Source: Podarcis gaigeae (Eukaryota). From it: 64,000 nt of DNA. The translations under genes and the position numbers were made by a program. Within the stretch, counting starts at the first letter, position 1, and each line of letters starts with the position of its first letter. Where the stretch lies: NCBI GenBank assembly GCA_964106915.2, contig OZ066914.1. The stretch is one strand, 5' to 3'. Of this stretch, positions 1 to 18,415 are shown piece after piece. The notes beneath the pieces are model-generated. The model was not told where the DNA came from, searched no databases, and saw only the letters and a list, made by a program, of their open reading frames with translations.

Positions 1-661
1 AATCTCCTTAAAGCCACCATCAAATCATCGGTCACCTCTGTGTCCATAGTCTGAGATTTGTGGGTGGTTTTGTTGTCATCCTATGCAAAAATCATGAGGC
101 TCCGTGTTTTAAATAAATGTTTTTTGAGGTAATAGGAAGCAACACACCTGTGATAGTTACTCTTCAGTCTGTCAGTATAAGCTTTAATCATGGGGGTTGG
201 GGTGTGTGTGGCTTGTATAAAATCATGCACATTCAAGAGGATACATTTAAAATTTACTGGATCTGATTTTTGCTCATGGAAAAGTAAAGTGAATTTGAAG
301 GTGGGCACATGTGCTTCTGTCTGTCTTGGGAGAGAGGAAAACAGGAGTTGGTTCTTATTACAGTCTCAACATTCCAAATACTTCCTTGGGCCTAGAAGGG
401 TTGGTGGGCTCTTATTAAAAGAATATGAATGAAGACAGATGATGCTGAGGCTAGAATAGGATGCAACCTTTTGGGAAGCAGGAACTTTCATTTTGCACAA
501 TCCTTTGGTCACTAATAGCACTGAACAGGAAACTGTAGATTTGATTATGATTACACAACAGCCATGGAAAGTCCATTTGAGCTTTAGGTGTTGTAAGCAT
601 GTGCAAATGTTTCCAATGTTAATTCTCATTTGTTTGTTTGAAAAAATTCTCTCCCCTGCAG

Positions 662-895
662 GCAAGGGATTGTAAAGTCGCTGGAAATGCTGAAGATGCA
701 ACTAGATATGGCAAGAGAGCCAAGATTCTGAATATCGTTGCCATAGTTCTGGGTGTCTTGTTGTTCCTTTTGCTCTGTGGCTTGATTGCCAGTGTTTTAA
801 TAGCTTTACAAGAAAGAGTCCAGAAGTTGTTTAATGAATACAAAACGAACATGGGGGATGTTTTTGGATCAGGGAGTGGATCTGGGGCATCCTAA
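662..895 (+). CDS. IFITM-like gene A, exon 2 (exon 1 lies upstream of the window)
   Basis: Acceptor ctcccctgcag at 651-661, then ARDCKVAGNAEDATRYGKRAKILNIVAIVLG..., the CD225 intracellular loop plus TM domain. Stop at 893-895; AATAAA at 1248-1253. The 3'UTR is homologous to those of the other IFITM copies. Confidence 0.9.
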   Translation, partial: ARDCKVAGNAEDATRYGKRAKILNIVAIVLGVLLFLLLCGLIASVLIALQERVQKLFNEYKTNMGDVFGSGSGSGAS

Positions 896-2192
896 ACAAA
901 TCTTTAAGCACTGGCTATCCTTTCTTCTGCTTGTGAAAGTGCCTGCCCTGCTTGTTCATTTGCCAAGGCATGAGACCTTCTGCAAAGCAGTACTACTCGC
1001 ATTTATGAAGATGTACTGCCACTGATTGCCTGCCATCCAGTTTGAGATGTTTATTGAAAAAATGCAATGCTTTTATGAGCTGTGATTTCTCTGTCCCAAG
1101 CTCTGGATTTGTAGAATTTCCAGTTCTGTTACTCATGGGAAGTGCCATATTCATTTGGTTTTTCAGTATTTTGGCAAGTTTCCAATTCAGTATGTGTATT
1201 AGAGCTTTCCTTGATTGAAATTTTACATTTGATGTGAATTCTAAGAAAATAAAACATATTTTGTTATTCCGTGTAAAGTTACTCTGTTAATCACCCATCA
1301 GAGGGGCATCTTTTCCAACTGGCAGTTTGTTGAGCTCCACCAAGACCCAGCCAGCTCCTCTTCCAATGTTGACAACCTTGGCTGTCTCCTCCATTGAAAA
1401 TGAGGCTTTCACACTACTTCCCACGGCCTGTGGAATTGGACGGAGCTCTGGCAGGAAGAAAGAGAATGCCAAACAGTGAAGCAACAACCGTGTAGTGTGG
1501 TTGGCTTTGCTGCTCATTTGGTTTTTCCGCTTGTTCACTTGTCCAGGTAAGAGGGTACTGCTAGTTTGGCCCAGCTCAGATAACTTGTTTCTTGTGGAAA
1601 TCCAGCCCAGGACTAGAGAAGGATGAGAGAGGGAAAGCTTTTAATCACCCCTTCTCCGTCTCCCTCTGACTACACAATGTTGTCCAGATGGGGAAGCTTG
1701 CACACTTGACATGTGAAGGGGTGGGACAAAAGGAGTTACTCAGAAATCCAGCAAAGATGAGGATATCAAAGTTTTGGTGCTGGCATGTGGCTGGAAAACG
1801 TGGATGAAGAGATGGACAGAGGAGATTATAGGGTTGGATGGGAAGGTGAGAAGGGGGGCACACTAGAACACAATCTATTTGGGAACTGTTTGAATACAGT
1901 CCACTCTGTTTTTTGGAAATTATTCTCTTTATTTCTGCGAGGCCAAGAGATGGGTCTTGCTGTCTGGACAGCCCAGGACATCCATGCACACTGCCCAGGC
2001 TTCTGTCCTGGGGAGGTTACTTCAGTGCTGCTAACACAGCGGTTTGACTTCATCCTCAGAGGCACACTCCATCATCTCTTGAGAAAGACAACAAGAACAA
2101 GAGTACCTAGGAAGCTAGTTTTTAGTGTGAAAAATGGGATCTTTATTCCCTCTATATTAATTTGCTTGAATGAGAAAAGGGATCATTAAATT

Positions 2193-2600
2193 TTAAATCA
2201 GTTTCCACAATCTTTCCCAATCTTCAAATATATTATGACCTATGTCTTGTGCCCATTTAATCATAACTGATTTCACCTCCTCATCTTTTGTTTCCCATTC
2301 TAGCAGAATACTATATGCGCCTGTCAGCAACTTTACTTTCCCTTCCAGAACTTCCTTCTGAAATCTAGATGTCGTGTAACTGAATCCTTTCTTATTGTCT
2401 TCTTTGTAAATCTCATGTAATTGCCAATAGTGTAACCAACTCCGAAAATGCTCTTTTATTTCCTCATAGTCTCTTAATTTCCATTTTCCTTCTTGGTCCT
2501 TTAACAAGTCAACATACATGAGCCACTTTCCTTTCTTTCCAAGTAGTTTGAGCAGTAAAGCTTCATGTGGTGAAAGCCACCAAGGGGGTCTTGTGTTCTA
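2193..2600 (-). mobile_element. L1-clade LINE ORF2 fragment
   Basis: ORF 2193..2519 (VKSVMIKWAQDIGHNIFEDWERLW) is clearly homologous to the L1 ORF2 at 35464-36954. Confidence 0.8.
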
Positions 2601-4689
2601 GTAAAGTGCAGCTTTACTTCTTACACTTTCCCATTCAGCTAACGTTAAAACAAAAGCAATAAAACTGTATTAATATAATATAAAGAATTAAATGAATTAT
2701 TCCAGAGAAAGCAATTCAGTTAGTTACTAGCTACATTTAATTCCCAGCATAAAAAAAAAATATCTACAGTGGAAAGTCCAGAATTCTGAAGTAGTATTCC
2801 AGATAAAAGTCCAACACTTTCAAACAAAAGTTATAGGTCTATAAGTAAAATTAGTATTACCAAGGGGCAAAAGAAAAAATTAAATTAGGAAGGATATAAG
2901 TAATAGAAGTCTAGTAATGGGCTTTTTTTCCCAGCCAGAACACACTGTCAGACCTTGGATGGAAGTTGGCGTGGCACATGTTTTTGGCACTTTTTAAGGT
3001 AGCCCGATGTGGCGCATATTTTTGGTGCCCCCCCCAAAAAAGTTCAACAACTTTGGCACTGCCACCCTTAAATCAAGTAAAGAAATAAAAACACATAACT
3101 AACTGACCAACTGCATCACAGATAGCTTGGTTCTGTGCCCCCCAACTTAAATTCTGGCTAAACTCATGAGTCTAGTCAGAGTTTTGGGCAAGATCTGTGA
3201 AAATGGACCTTGGAAGGAAGTAGTTTGTGACAGATTCTTGGCCATGGAAACAGAAAAGCTGCAAAATTAAGAAAAGCGTGAAGAACTTAGATGGAAAATC
3301 AAAGAAGACATTGGTCAACATCAGAACCCCTAACAAATAGGGGAAACTGTCTGAGAGTGTGTGAAAACATACTTGGAAGCAAATAATTCCTCCCCTGAAA
3401 GGATTCAGTGTCCATGAATGTTATCTTCTCACTAATGCAAGGACAAAATTGTCCCACTCTTGCCGAAGAAACAGCACCAAGAAAGCCAGAGATTCTCCCA
3501 CCCTTGTCTGTGTGTCAGTAGAAATTCTGTTGGCAACTAATTATAGTCCAAAACATTTCTTGCATTCTGACTGATTCTCTCTAGTTGCCCCTAAATAATT
3601 TCCTCCTCTTTAAAATGTTGTCCTCTATTAATTTATGATTCCAAGCAAGATCCTAGGTCTTATGTCTTTCTTTTAATCTGAACCCTTCAACGCCCTTATT
3701 CAAAGTTACCAGTGGTGCCATTATGAACAGACCATTGGGAAGAAGTCTGAGGCCCCAGCCCAAATGGCCACCTGCGTAGCAACCGCTGCCGGTGCCTGGG
3801 GCAGGGCATGCCACCAGAGTGCTGTCTTATTTTTCAAATGATGGACTGACTGTGATTGAATTATGTGAACTGTGAACTTCTGGCTACTTTAGATGACAAC
3901 TTTGAGCTAAGCCTCACTTTCCCCCCAAATTCTGACTGTGAAAAGTTAAAGTGCAGCTTATATTTGCGACCATGCAGTATGCAGCCAGGAGCGTGGGGCA
4001 AACAGCACCAGGAATGCGGCAAAGTGGCGCCCACCCTGCATGTAGTCCTCCGTCCTCTCCCCCAAATGCTGGGAAGGGAGAGAGCGAGGAAGGGGAAAGT
4101 CCGCTGGCAATGCAGCGCAGCTCCCCCCCCCCCCCCAGTATGCAGCAAGGAGCAGCAAGGAATGGAGTGGCTTATATTTGGGTGTTTTTTTCCTCTTTTT
4201 TTCTTTTTCCCCTTACAATTTTAAAGGTGTGGGTTATATTCGGGCCAATACAGTATATTGGCCTATTGCTACCTCTTTTTCTTAATGGTGACATGGACCA
4301 TTCATAACATAGGAATATTTTTCCCAACTGAGGGCAGTAAGTGAAGACAAGCTACAACGATTAACTATAATGTTATTCACTGCTCCTTCTCAGGCTGCAC
4401 AGAAAAAGCATTTCTGAAATTAATTATGATTGTGCAGATAAAATGTAAATGATTGAATTCTACAGGATGGACTATTAGTGTGTGAAAGCAGTACAGATCC
4501 AATGATCTCCAGACAAGCACCTTCAGATGATGGAGATGTCAGGTGCCATCCTGACGCCCAGGGTTCTTCACTTGGTCGCAAGTGGCCAATAGCCAGGTGC
4601 AAAATGTTCCTGGTGCCTGATTAATTTAGACCATGACTTTATTATGATGTCAGAAGTACTTTTACAAGCTACTAAACCACCCACTAATA

Positions 4690-5340
4690 AGAACAACAGG
4701 TCATAACTGTAAAGGACTACGGTCTATACTTTATAACATTAGCAGAGGGAAAGCAGGTACATATGAGGATTTTAAATCAACTTGGGAACAAGATATTCAA
4801 ACTACACTTCAACCACAACAGTGGGAAGCTATTTGTATCGAAGCTCCATTTAATTCTGTCCCACCAAGGATTAAAGATAGCTTTATAAAACTCATTTTAC
4901 GTTGGTATTTTACTCCTTCCAAGTTAAATAGAATTAACTCAAATTTGCTTATCATGTGTTGGAAGAAATTGTGAAAAATGAACTTTTTATCATATACAGT
5001 GGTCTTGTAAAGAAACATTTAACGTTTGGTCTGAAGTTTTCAATGTGATGGGGAAAATAACTAATCAAAAAATGCAAGCCAATTGTCTTCATTGTTAATT
5101 TTTGATGATTCCTCACAAACTATTTTCTTTATTTAATAATGATTTGTATTGTGGCAGACAGAAAAGTAAAAGCAGAACACTGGAAACAATATTCAATATT
5201 TACTGAATCTATGGTATAAGAAACTTTGGCAAATCGCATTAATGGAAAACCTGGCTTTTAAATAGAAAGCACAAAGGAAATGACCAGAAGCGGTCAAGAT
5301 TTACACTACATGGTACAAGTTTATTGAACTTATGGCCTCA
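4690..5340 (+). mobile_element. Degraded L1-like ORF2 C-terminal fragment
   Basis: Broken reading frame containing ..KLILRWYFTPSKL..MCWK.., similar to the MIYRWYMTPVKL..CWKC region of L1 ORF2. Boundaries approximate. Confidence 0.55.
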
Positions 5341-5864
5341 CTCCAGTAGCTCACTTCATCTTCCTTCAACACACGGAATTGTGCTGATAATTACTTTTGT
5401 CTTCTCAGAAATCGCACGACAGAACTGACCATGATCTGTATAACATATGTTACGATATGCTCTGGTCTTCCTTCCTGTTTTTTCCTGACATGCTGTCTAC
5501 CCTCTCCCATACCTTTCTTTTGTTTTGTCGTCATCGTTATGCTGTTACTTTATGATTATACATATATGCACTACCTAAAACGTTTAAACCTCATTAAACA
5601 CATCACAGAAGAAAGAAAGGTATATAGTATAGTATGCATGCAGCCATAGTAAAGACAGCTCACCAGTCTTTGATGGGGGAGGGGAGGGCGGCTCTGTAAA
5701 CAATGTTTTTGTTTAATGTTAAAACCAATCCTGGAATTGAAAAATGCCGCGCAGAAAAGCAAATACTACTAAATGACCAGGCGGAAACCTAACTTGTCAA
5801 ATACTAGATTCAGGTAGGTATCCGTGTTGGTCTGATGCAGTCGATATATAATTTTTTTAAAAAA

Positions 5865-5998
5865 GTCCAGTGGCACCTTAGAGACCCACAAAGTTTGTTC
5901 TTGGTATAAGCTTTCATGTGCATGCTTATACCACCTGTGCATGCACACGAAAACTTATACCAAGAACAAACTTTGTGGGTCTCAAGGTGCCACTGGAC
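5865..5998. mobile_element. Inverted-repeat remnant, probably Penelope-like element ends
   Basis: Arms of about 60 bp (gtccagtggcacct...gtgcatgc and gcatgcac...aggtgccactggac) are near-perfect reverse complements. The sequence resembles squamate PLE termini. Confidence 0.55.
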
Positions 5999-6539
5999 AT
6001 TTATTTTTATTTTTTTATATTTTGGCAAATATTGTCCAACCATTCTTGGAAGGATTCAAGCGTCACTAAACTTGAAATCTGGGAATAAAAGGAATACTGG
6101 AATTAGGCAGCCGAAATCTGACCTTCCTGAATCAAAACGCAAAGCAGCATCATGATTCCCTTGCCAGCCTGGCGTTCCTTTCCCTTCCCATCACGAGGCT
6201 ATTTTACCTTTGGGAGAAAAGCCACAGCGCCCGGAGTTAGAGCACTGATGCAGGAGAGAAGAAAGCAACTTCCGAGTTTTGTTCACTGCTCGCCTCCTAA
6301 TTCTGAGTCCACCGCTTAGACAGCAGGCTCTTTCCTCTCCCCAAAAAGCTTTCCCGCCCACCCCCAGGGGCTCGCCAAGTCTTTGGCCACCGCATATTAA
6401 AGTCTCACGTGGCGCGGATGACACTTGTTGAAAACCTACAGAGATTTCGTTTTGACTCTGAATACAACGCCAGCACTAAGCTCAAGAAGAAAAAGCGAAG
6501 AGGGTATTTGGGGAGGGGGTACAATAGTACAGGATCCCA

Positions 6540-11350
<4,811 letters not shown>

Positions 11351-12411
11351 TTGTAGTGTTGGCTCAGTGGCAAATTGAGAAGGCAGAATATTTCCCCCAG
11401 CATTATAGCATTGCTTGTAAGCTTGGGCTTGCCTTTGCTTCTCTGAATGTACTCAACCTGCTCATCCACTTGTAAGGAAGGAAGCATTCAACACAAACCT
11501 GGTACTTATGGAGATGCAAAAAGGTTGAGGCATGTTTGCCTACAAAGATGACTAGATGACCCCTAGGGTCCCTTCCAACTCCACAGTTCTATGATTCAAT
11601 GAAAGATGGAGGAGAGACTCAGATGTCATCTTGAAATTCACCATCCAGTTTAAGATGCTCATTGAGAAACAAAGTTTGTTTGATGCTCTTTCTTTGTTCA
11701 AGATCTGGATTCTTGGCCTTCCTTCATCCTGTTGCTCATGAAATTTAATCATTTTATTTTTTTTATTGGTTTTCCAGTTCAACAGGTTTCTCACTCAAGA
11801 TGTGTACTGCAGCCTTTCTGTATTGAAACATGAAGTCTGGGGTGAATTCTGAGCAAATAAACACATGTCTACCTTATTCTGCACCATTTGCTTCCTTGTT
11901 GGTATAAAACTTAAAACATTGAGGCTCCCCTTATGTAGGATTCTTCAACATTGTGGTTTCATGGGCCAGACTGGAAGCAACTTGTAGATTCGTGTAATAT
12001 TCTGATGACTGATGATATCGTGCAATATTTTTATACATGAATAAAAAAAATTAAGCTGGGAGGTCAGTCATTTAGGGGATCCAAATATCCCTAGATCCAT
12101 TAAACATTTTAATATATGGGACTACTTAATTCTCTTGGAAACACACACACGGCATCTTTTAATTAAAATGGCCCTAGGTGTAAGAATTAGCATTGCCGAC
12201 TGTGTATCTTCAGCCTAGAATTAAACCACAGGTGAAAGCACACACTCTCATGACAGATGTGTACAGATGTTGCCTTCTATCTAAAAAGGTTCACCCCATG
12301 AGAGAAATGTGCATGTTGGGAGAATCTTGCTCATTTCTTCTCTTGTATACCTCCTTAGGGGATCATGCCTTAGTAGCTGAGAAACATTTGTGTTGTTACG
12401 CCATCAGCATA

Positions 12412-12611
12412 TAGGCAACTCCCAATTTACGTGGGGGTAGCATTCCAAGGCATCAGATGTTTAAGTAAAATTTCGTTCATTTGAAGCACCATTGAGAAAG
12501 CCTGCAAACACCCCGTTCTGCCCCTTTACGTGACATTTTTGGGTCACTTCTGGGTTCGATGCGATGCACGTGCGCACACACATATCAGTTGTCGTAAACG
12601 GTCACTGCCTG
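12412..12611. mobile_element. Tc1/Mariner (Tigger-like) MITE
   Basis: Imperfect TIRs taggcaact..ttacg and cgtaa..actgcctg, flanked by TA. Absent from the paralogous segment at about 18113. Confidence 0.6.
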
Positions 12612-12930
12612 TATATGATGCTTTACAGAGAAGACATGTTCTTGCTCCAAGGGGCTTACAATCCTAAATGTTGCCTTCTAATGGCCTCTCCCTGCCTCAG
12701 TGCTGGCAGTCTTTCAAATTTTTAGGTGGCCTGGTGCTATGTTTATTTGTGCTTATAATTTGATGATTGCCAGATGCTGTTTCTGGTAGCAGCAGCTATC
12801 ATTCCACTTTGTTATTAAGCCTTTGAGAACTTCCCTCTTCTTTAGGGAAGGGGAAATGGTTGCCCTCCGGATGTTGGATTTTGAGATTACAGTACTAGGT
12901 ATGCGTCCAAAGCCAAGTGTGCACCCCACC

Positions 12931-13266
12931 GCTTTGAGACAATCTTTAAACCTCTTTTGTTGACCACCAGCATTACGCTTTCCATTTTTAAGTTTGGAAT
13001 AGAGTAGTTGCTTTGGAAGACGATAATCTAGCATCTGTACAACATGACCAGTCCAACGAAGTTGATGTTGAAGAATCATTGCTTCAACACTGGTGATCTT
13101 TGCTTCATCCAGTACACTGATATTAGTTCGCCTGTCTTTCCAAGTGATGTGTACATGTGGGTCCAGAATTTGCCTCCACAGTCACTTACAGATTCATTGT
13201 TCAAACCATGTTTATGGAAGACAATCTTACTCAGCTACGGGTGATCACCAAAGAAGAAAGAAGAAA
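12931..13266. mobile_element. 5'-truncated RTE-clade LINE with internal inversion
   Basis: 12931-13155 encodes the RTE ORF on - (ILQHQLRWTGHVV..RLPKQLLY..RFKDCLKA). 13157-13266 is the RTE 3' end on + (CGSRI.LHSHL, gaa-repeat tail). Flanks are accccaccgct and accccactgct. Confidence 0.8.
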
Positions 13267-13865
13267 ACCCCACTGCTCATGTGTATTCATGCACACACTA
13301 CCAAGAGGTTTAGGAGCTTCTGCTTTAAATATATGGCATGTACACAGCCTTATTTGGACCTCTTTATCCTGGCTTTTCACACTTGAGATGCATATTTTTA
13401 GGACCCATCTTATTTCTGTGATTTTAAGTTGTTTCAAACTATTCACTAAATCTGTTTTAAGTGTCCCCTGCCCTGGGATATTAGGATGAAGGGTGGGTAA
13501 ATATAGTGATGATGATGATAAATGATAAATCAAATAAAGAGGAGATTATAGTTGCTAAACAACAGGCAGAAAAATGATTAAGGGGGTTCACCAAGATGCT
13601 CAGCAGTTTTCAAATGGTCTGAGAGTGGAAAGTTTGGAAATCAGTGTTGTTGACAAAGCAGCATCTGGGAGATCCTTGGCCACGGCTGATCCCAGAACGG
13701 AAAAGGGCGTGGAGAGCAACAGATAGCCAGAGGCTGCAGGAAAATAATAGAAGTCATTGCAGCAGCTGCTCGCCTCCCAATTCTGGGAAGCGCAAAGCGA
13801 GTCCATCGCGTGGTGAGTAGCCTCTCCCAAAAAAACTTTCCTGCCCACCCCAGAGACTCCCGAGG

Positions 13866-13929
13866 CATGGGGTTCTGCACCCCCTAACAAAAGCTTGTCC
13901 CCACAACAAAAATCCTGGCTACGCCCATG
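13866..13929. mobile_element. Internally deleted hAT MITE in the promoter of gene C
   Basis: catggg...ctacgcccatg with TSD tcccgagg/tcccgagt; missing from the homologous gene B promoter at about 6370. Confidence 0.6.
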
Positions 13930-14310
13930 TCCCGAGTTGTTTGGCCACAGCATATTACGGAGTACGGACCCAGGTAGCGTAGATTACACTTGCTGAAAGC
14001 CTAGAGAGATTTCCTTTCCTCTCTGAAGACAAGCCAGCAGGAACACCAAGCCGATAGTAAGGGATCAGAAAAGGAGGGGTGCACATCGCCACCTGCTTGT
14101 TGTATACAATAAGGGGGGTTCCGTTTCCTCCGTTTCTACTTGCTACAACTGGAAGCAGGTGGCTTCCAAGTGGGCTCAGCGTGCAATTACGTCCCCCTCC
14201 CTCCACCGCTGCGCTCCTTCGGTTTCGTCTTCTCCAAATGAGGCTCAGGGAAGCGCCCGTCCCAGCCCCAAGGCGGGACCCGCTCTCTCTCTCTCCCTCC
14301 CCTCTGCTGA

Positions 14311-15681
<1,371 letters not shown>

Positions 15682-16316
15682 CAGCAATGGTGTAGATGAA
15701 GAGGAATGGCCACTGAATGTTGGCTCAGTGGCAAAGTGTGTGAGGAATATTTTCCCCAGCGTTATAGCACTTCTTGTAAGCTTTTGTTGCCTTTTCTTCT
15801 CTGAGGGTACCCACCCTACTCTTTCACTTGCAAGGAAGGAGGCATTCTACGACACCTGGTACATCCTGCATTTCTGGAGATATAAAGGTCTCAGCACTGT
15901 TTGCCACGAAGGTGGAAGAGAGACTCTGATGTCATCTTCAACTTTGCCATCCAGTTTGAGACTTTTATTGAGAAAATAAAGTGTTTGTATGAGTGTTTTT
16001 TCTTTGTCCAAGATTCGAATTTGTGGCCTTGCCTCTTCCTGTTACTCATGAGATCTAAGCAGTATTTTTTATGATCTGTTTTCTACTTCAACAGATTGAT
16101 CACTCAAGATGTACACTGGGAGTTTTTCTTTATTGAAACATGAATTATGGGATGAATTTTGAGCAAATAAAACTAAGTCCTTATTCTGTGTGAACATTTT
16201 CTTGATAAAATGATTGAACATTTTTCAGGATCTAAAACATTGAGACTCCCCTTTGTATAGTTCTCCAGCATTAATGCTTTACAGGCCTACATCCATATAT
16301 TATCATGACTTTTAAA

Positions 16317-16365
16317 TGAATGAATGAATGAATGAATAAATAAATAAATAAATAAATAAATAAAT
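16317..16365. repeat. (TGAA)n(TAAA)n microsatellite
   Basis: Visible tandem tetramers. Confidence 0.8.
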
Positions 16366-16518
16366 GGGGGGGGATTAACTGGGGGACCATTAATTTAATG
16401 GAACCAAATGAAAGAGCATGATTTTGTATGTATGTATGGTAACTAAAAGGGTGTCAGATGTAAGAAATCACTCTTGTGTGTACTTTCAGCCTAGAATTAA
16501 ACCACTAAAGAAAGCACA

Positions 16519-17315
16519 CTTCTTCTTCTTCTTTGGTGATCACTTATAGCCAAGAAAGATTATCTTCCATGAAAAAGGTCTCAATAGTGAGTCTGTAAGT
16601 GACTGGGAGGCCAATTCTGGATCCCTACGTCCTTCCACAGTGGGGACATAGGTTTCCTGGAGGGAGTTGATCACAGTGAGGGCTTGCCAAACATGCCTTC
16701 TTCTTAGCTCGTTTCTCCTTGCCCTGGGTTTGTGCTGCTTCAAAGTCCATAACACCTTTGGTAAAGGCTGCTCTCCAGCTGGAGTGCTCACCACAGGCCA
16801 GTGTTTCCCAGTTATCAGTGTTTATGTTACATTTTTTTAGATTTGCCTTTAGAGCATCTTTAAACCTCTTTTGTTGTCCACCAGTATTTCGCTTTCCATT
16901 CTTGAGTTGGGAATAGAGCAGTTGCTTTGGAAGATGATAACAAGGCATCCAAACAACATGACCAGTCCAACAAAGTTGATGTTGAAGAATCATTGATTCA
17001 ACACTGGTGATCTTTACTTCTTCCAGTACACTGATATTCATTTGCCTGTCTTCTTAAGTGATGTGTAAAAATTTTCTGAGACACCATTGATGGAATCTTT
17101 CAAGGACTTGGAGATGGCATTAATAAGTGGTCCATGTTTCACAAGTGTACAGTAAAGTTAGTCCCGGTCCTCAAACACTCTGTGCTTCAGTTGAGACTAA
17201 GTTGTGCTTGCAGAGCTCAGGTGATGCTGGATTCCGGCATCAATGTCAGTCCTTGTGGAAAGATAACTGCCCAGGTAAGAAAAGTGATCAACACTTTCCA
17301 ACGTTACACCATTAA
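16519..17315 (-). mobile_element. 5'-truncated RTE-clade LINE
   Basis: ORF 16625..17041 is the RTE C-terminus (LPKQLLYSQLKNGKR..LCPHCGRT). Upstream RT sequence (VDHFSYLGS) extends to 17315; (ctt)n tail at 16519. Confidence 0.88.
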
Positions 17316-18415
17316 GTTTTCCAGTTCAACAGGTTTCTCACTCAAGATGTGTACTGCAGCTTTTCTGTATTGAAACATGAAGTCTGGGGTGAATTCTGAG
17401 CAAATAAAAACATGCCTACCTTATTCTGCATCAATTGCTTTCTTGTTGGTTTAAAACTTAAAACATTGAGGCTCCCCTTTTGTAGGATTCTTCAATATTG
17501 TGGTTTCATGGGCCAGACTGGATGCAACTTGTAGATTTGTGTTATATTCTGATGACTTTTTACATGAATAAATAAAAAAAAATTAAGCTGGGAGGTCAAT
17601 CATTTAGGAGATCCAAATATCCCTAAATCTATTAAACATTTTAATATATGGGACTACTTATGGTAATTCTCTTGGAAACACACGCACGGCATCTTTTAAT
17701 TAAAATGGCCCTAGGTGTAAGAATTAGCATTGCCGACTGTGTATCTTCAGCCTAGAATTAAACCACAGGGGAAAGCACACACTCTCATGACAACAGTGTA
17801 CAGTTTGGATGGTGGGTTGATGCTGCCTTCTGTCTAAAAAGATTAGCACTATGAGAAAAATTGCATGTTGGGAGAAGCTTGCTCATTTCTTCTCATGATC
17901 TCCTTGTAGGATCATGCCTTGCTGGTTGAGAATCAATTGCGTTAGAATCATGGAACTGTAGTTGGAAGGGACCACGAGGGTGATCTAGTCCAACCCCCTG
18001 AATTGCAGCATTCTTTTTGCCCAGTGTGGGGCTCAAACCCACAACATTGAGATTAAGAGTCTCCCGCTCTACCAAGTGAGCTATGTGGATTGATTGTTGT
18101 TATGCCATCCACGTAAATGATGCTTTACAGAGAAGACAGGGTCTTGCTGCAAAGGGCTAACAGTCCTAAATGTTGCCATTTATTCATCTCACTTCCTTGT
18201 GCTCTTTAAAGAAATGTGTCTCCCAAATTTTGATGAGGGCAGTGTCATGTTTATTTGTGCTCAACATAATTTGATAAATGCCAACATGCAGTTCCATTCC
18301 ATCAGTTCACGGTGCTGTTTCAGGGAACTGCGGCTATCATTCCACTTCGTTAGAAGCCACTTTTTAAAACGTCCCTCTTGCTTCAAGGAAACTTGCGGCC
18401 TTCCAGATGTCGGTA
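17316..18415 (+). pseudogene. Orphan duplicate of the IFITM-B 3'UTR end, polyA signal and downstream flank
   Basis: Near-identical to 11769-12875 of the gene B unit (gttttccagttcaacaggtttctcactcaagatgtgtactgcagc...). AATAAA at 17403-17408; no coding exon attached. Confidence 0.75.
17944..18084 (-). mobile_element. tRNA-Lys-derived SINE with CR1-derived tail
   Basis: The minus strand reads atagctcacttggtagagcgggagactcttaatctc...gagccccacactgggc, followed by the CR1 3' end. Confidence 0.75.

Noticed and set aside
18010-18084. tRNA-Lys gene (and tRNA-Ile-like sequences at 51996 and 63780)
   Set aside because: Mutated stems fused to CR1 tails: SINE heads, not functional tRNA genes.
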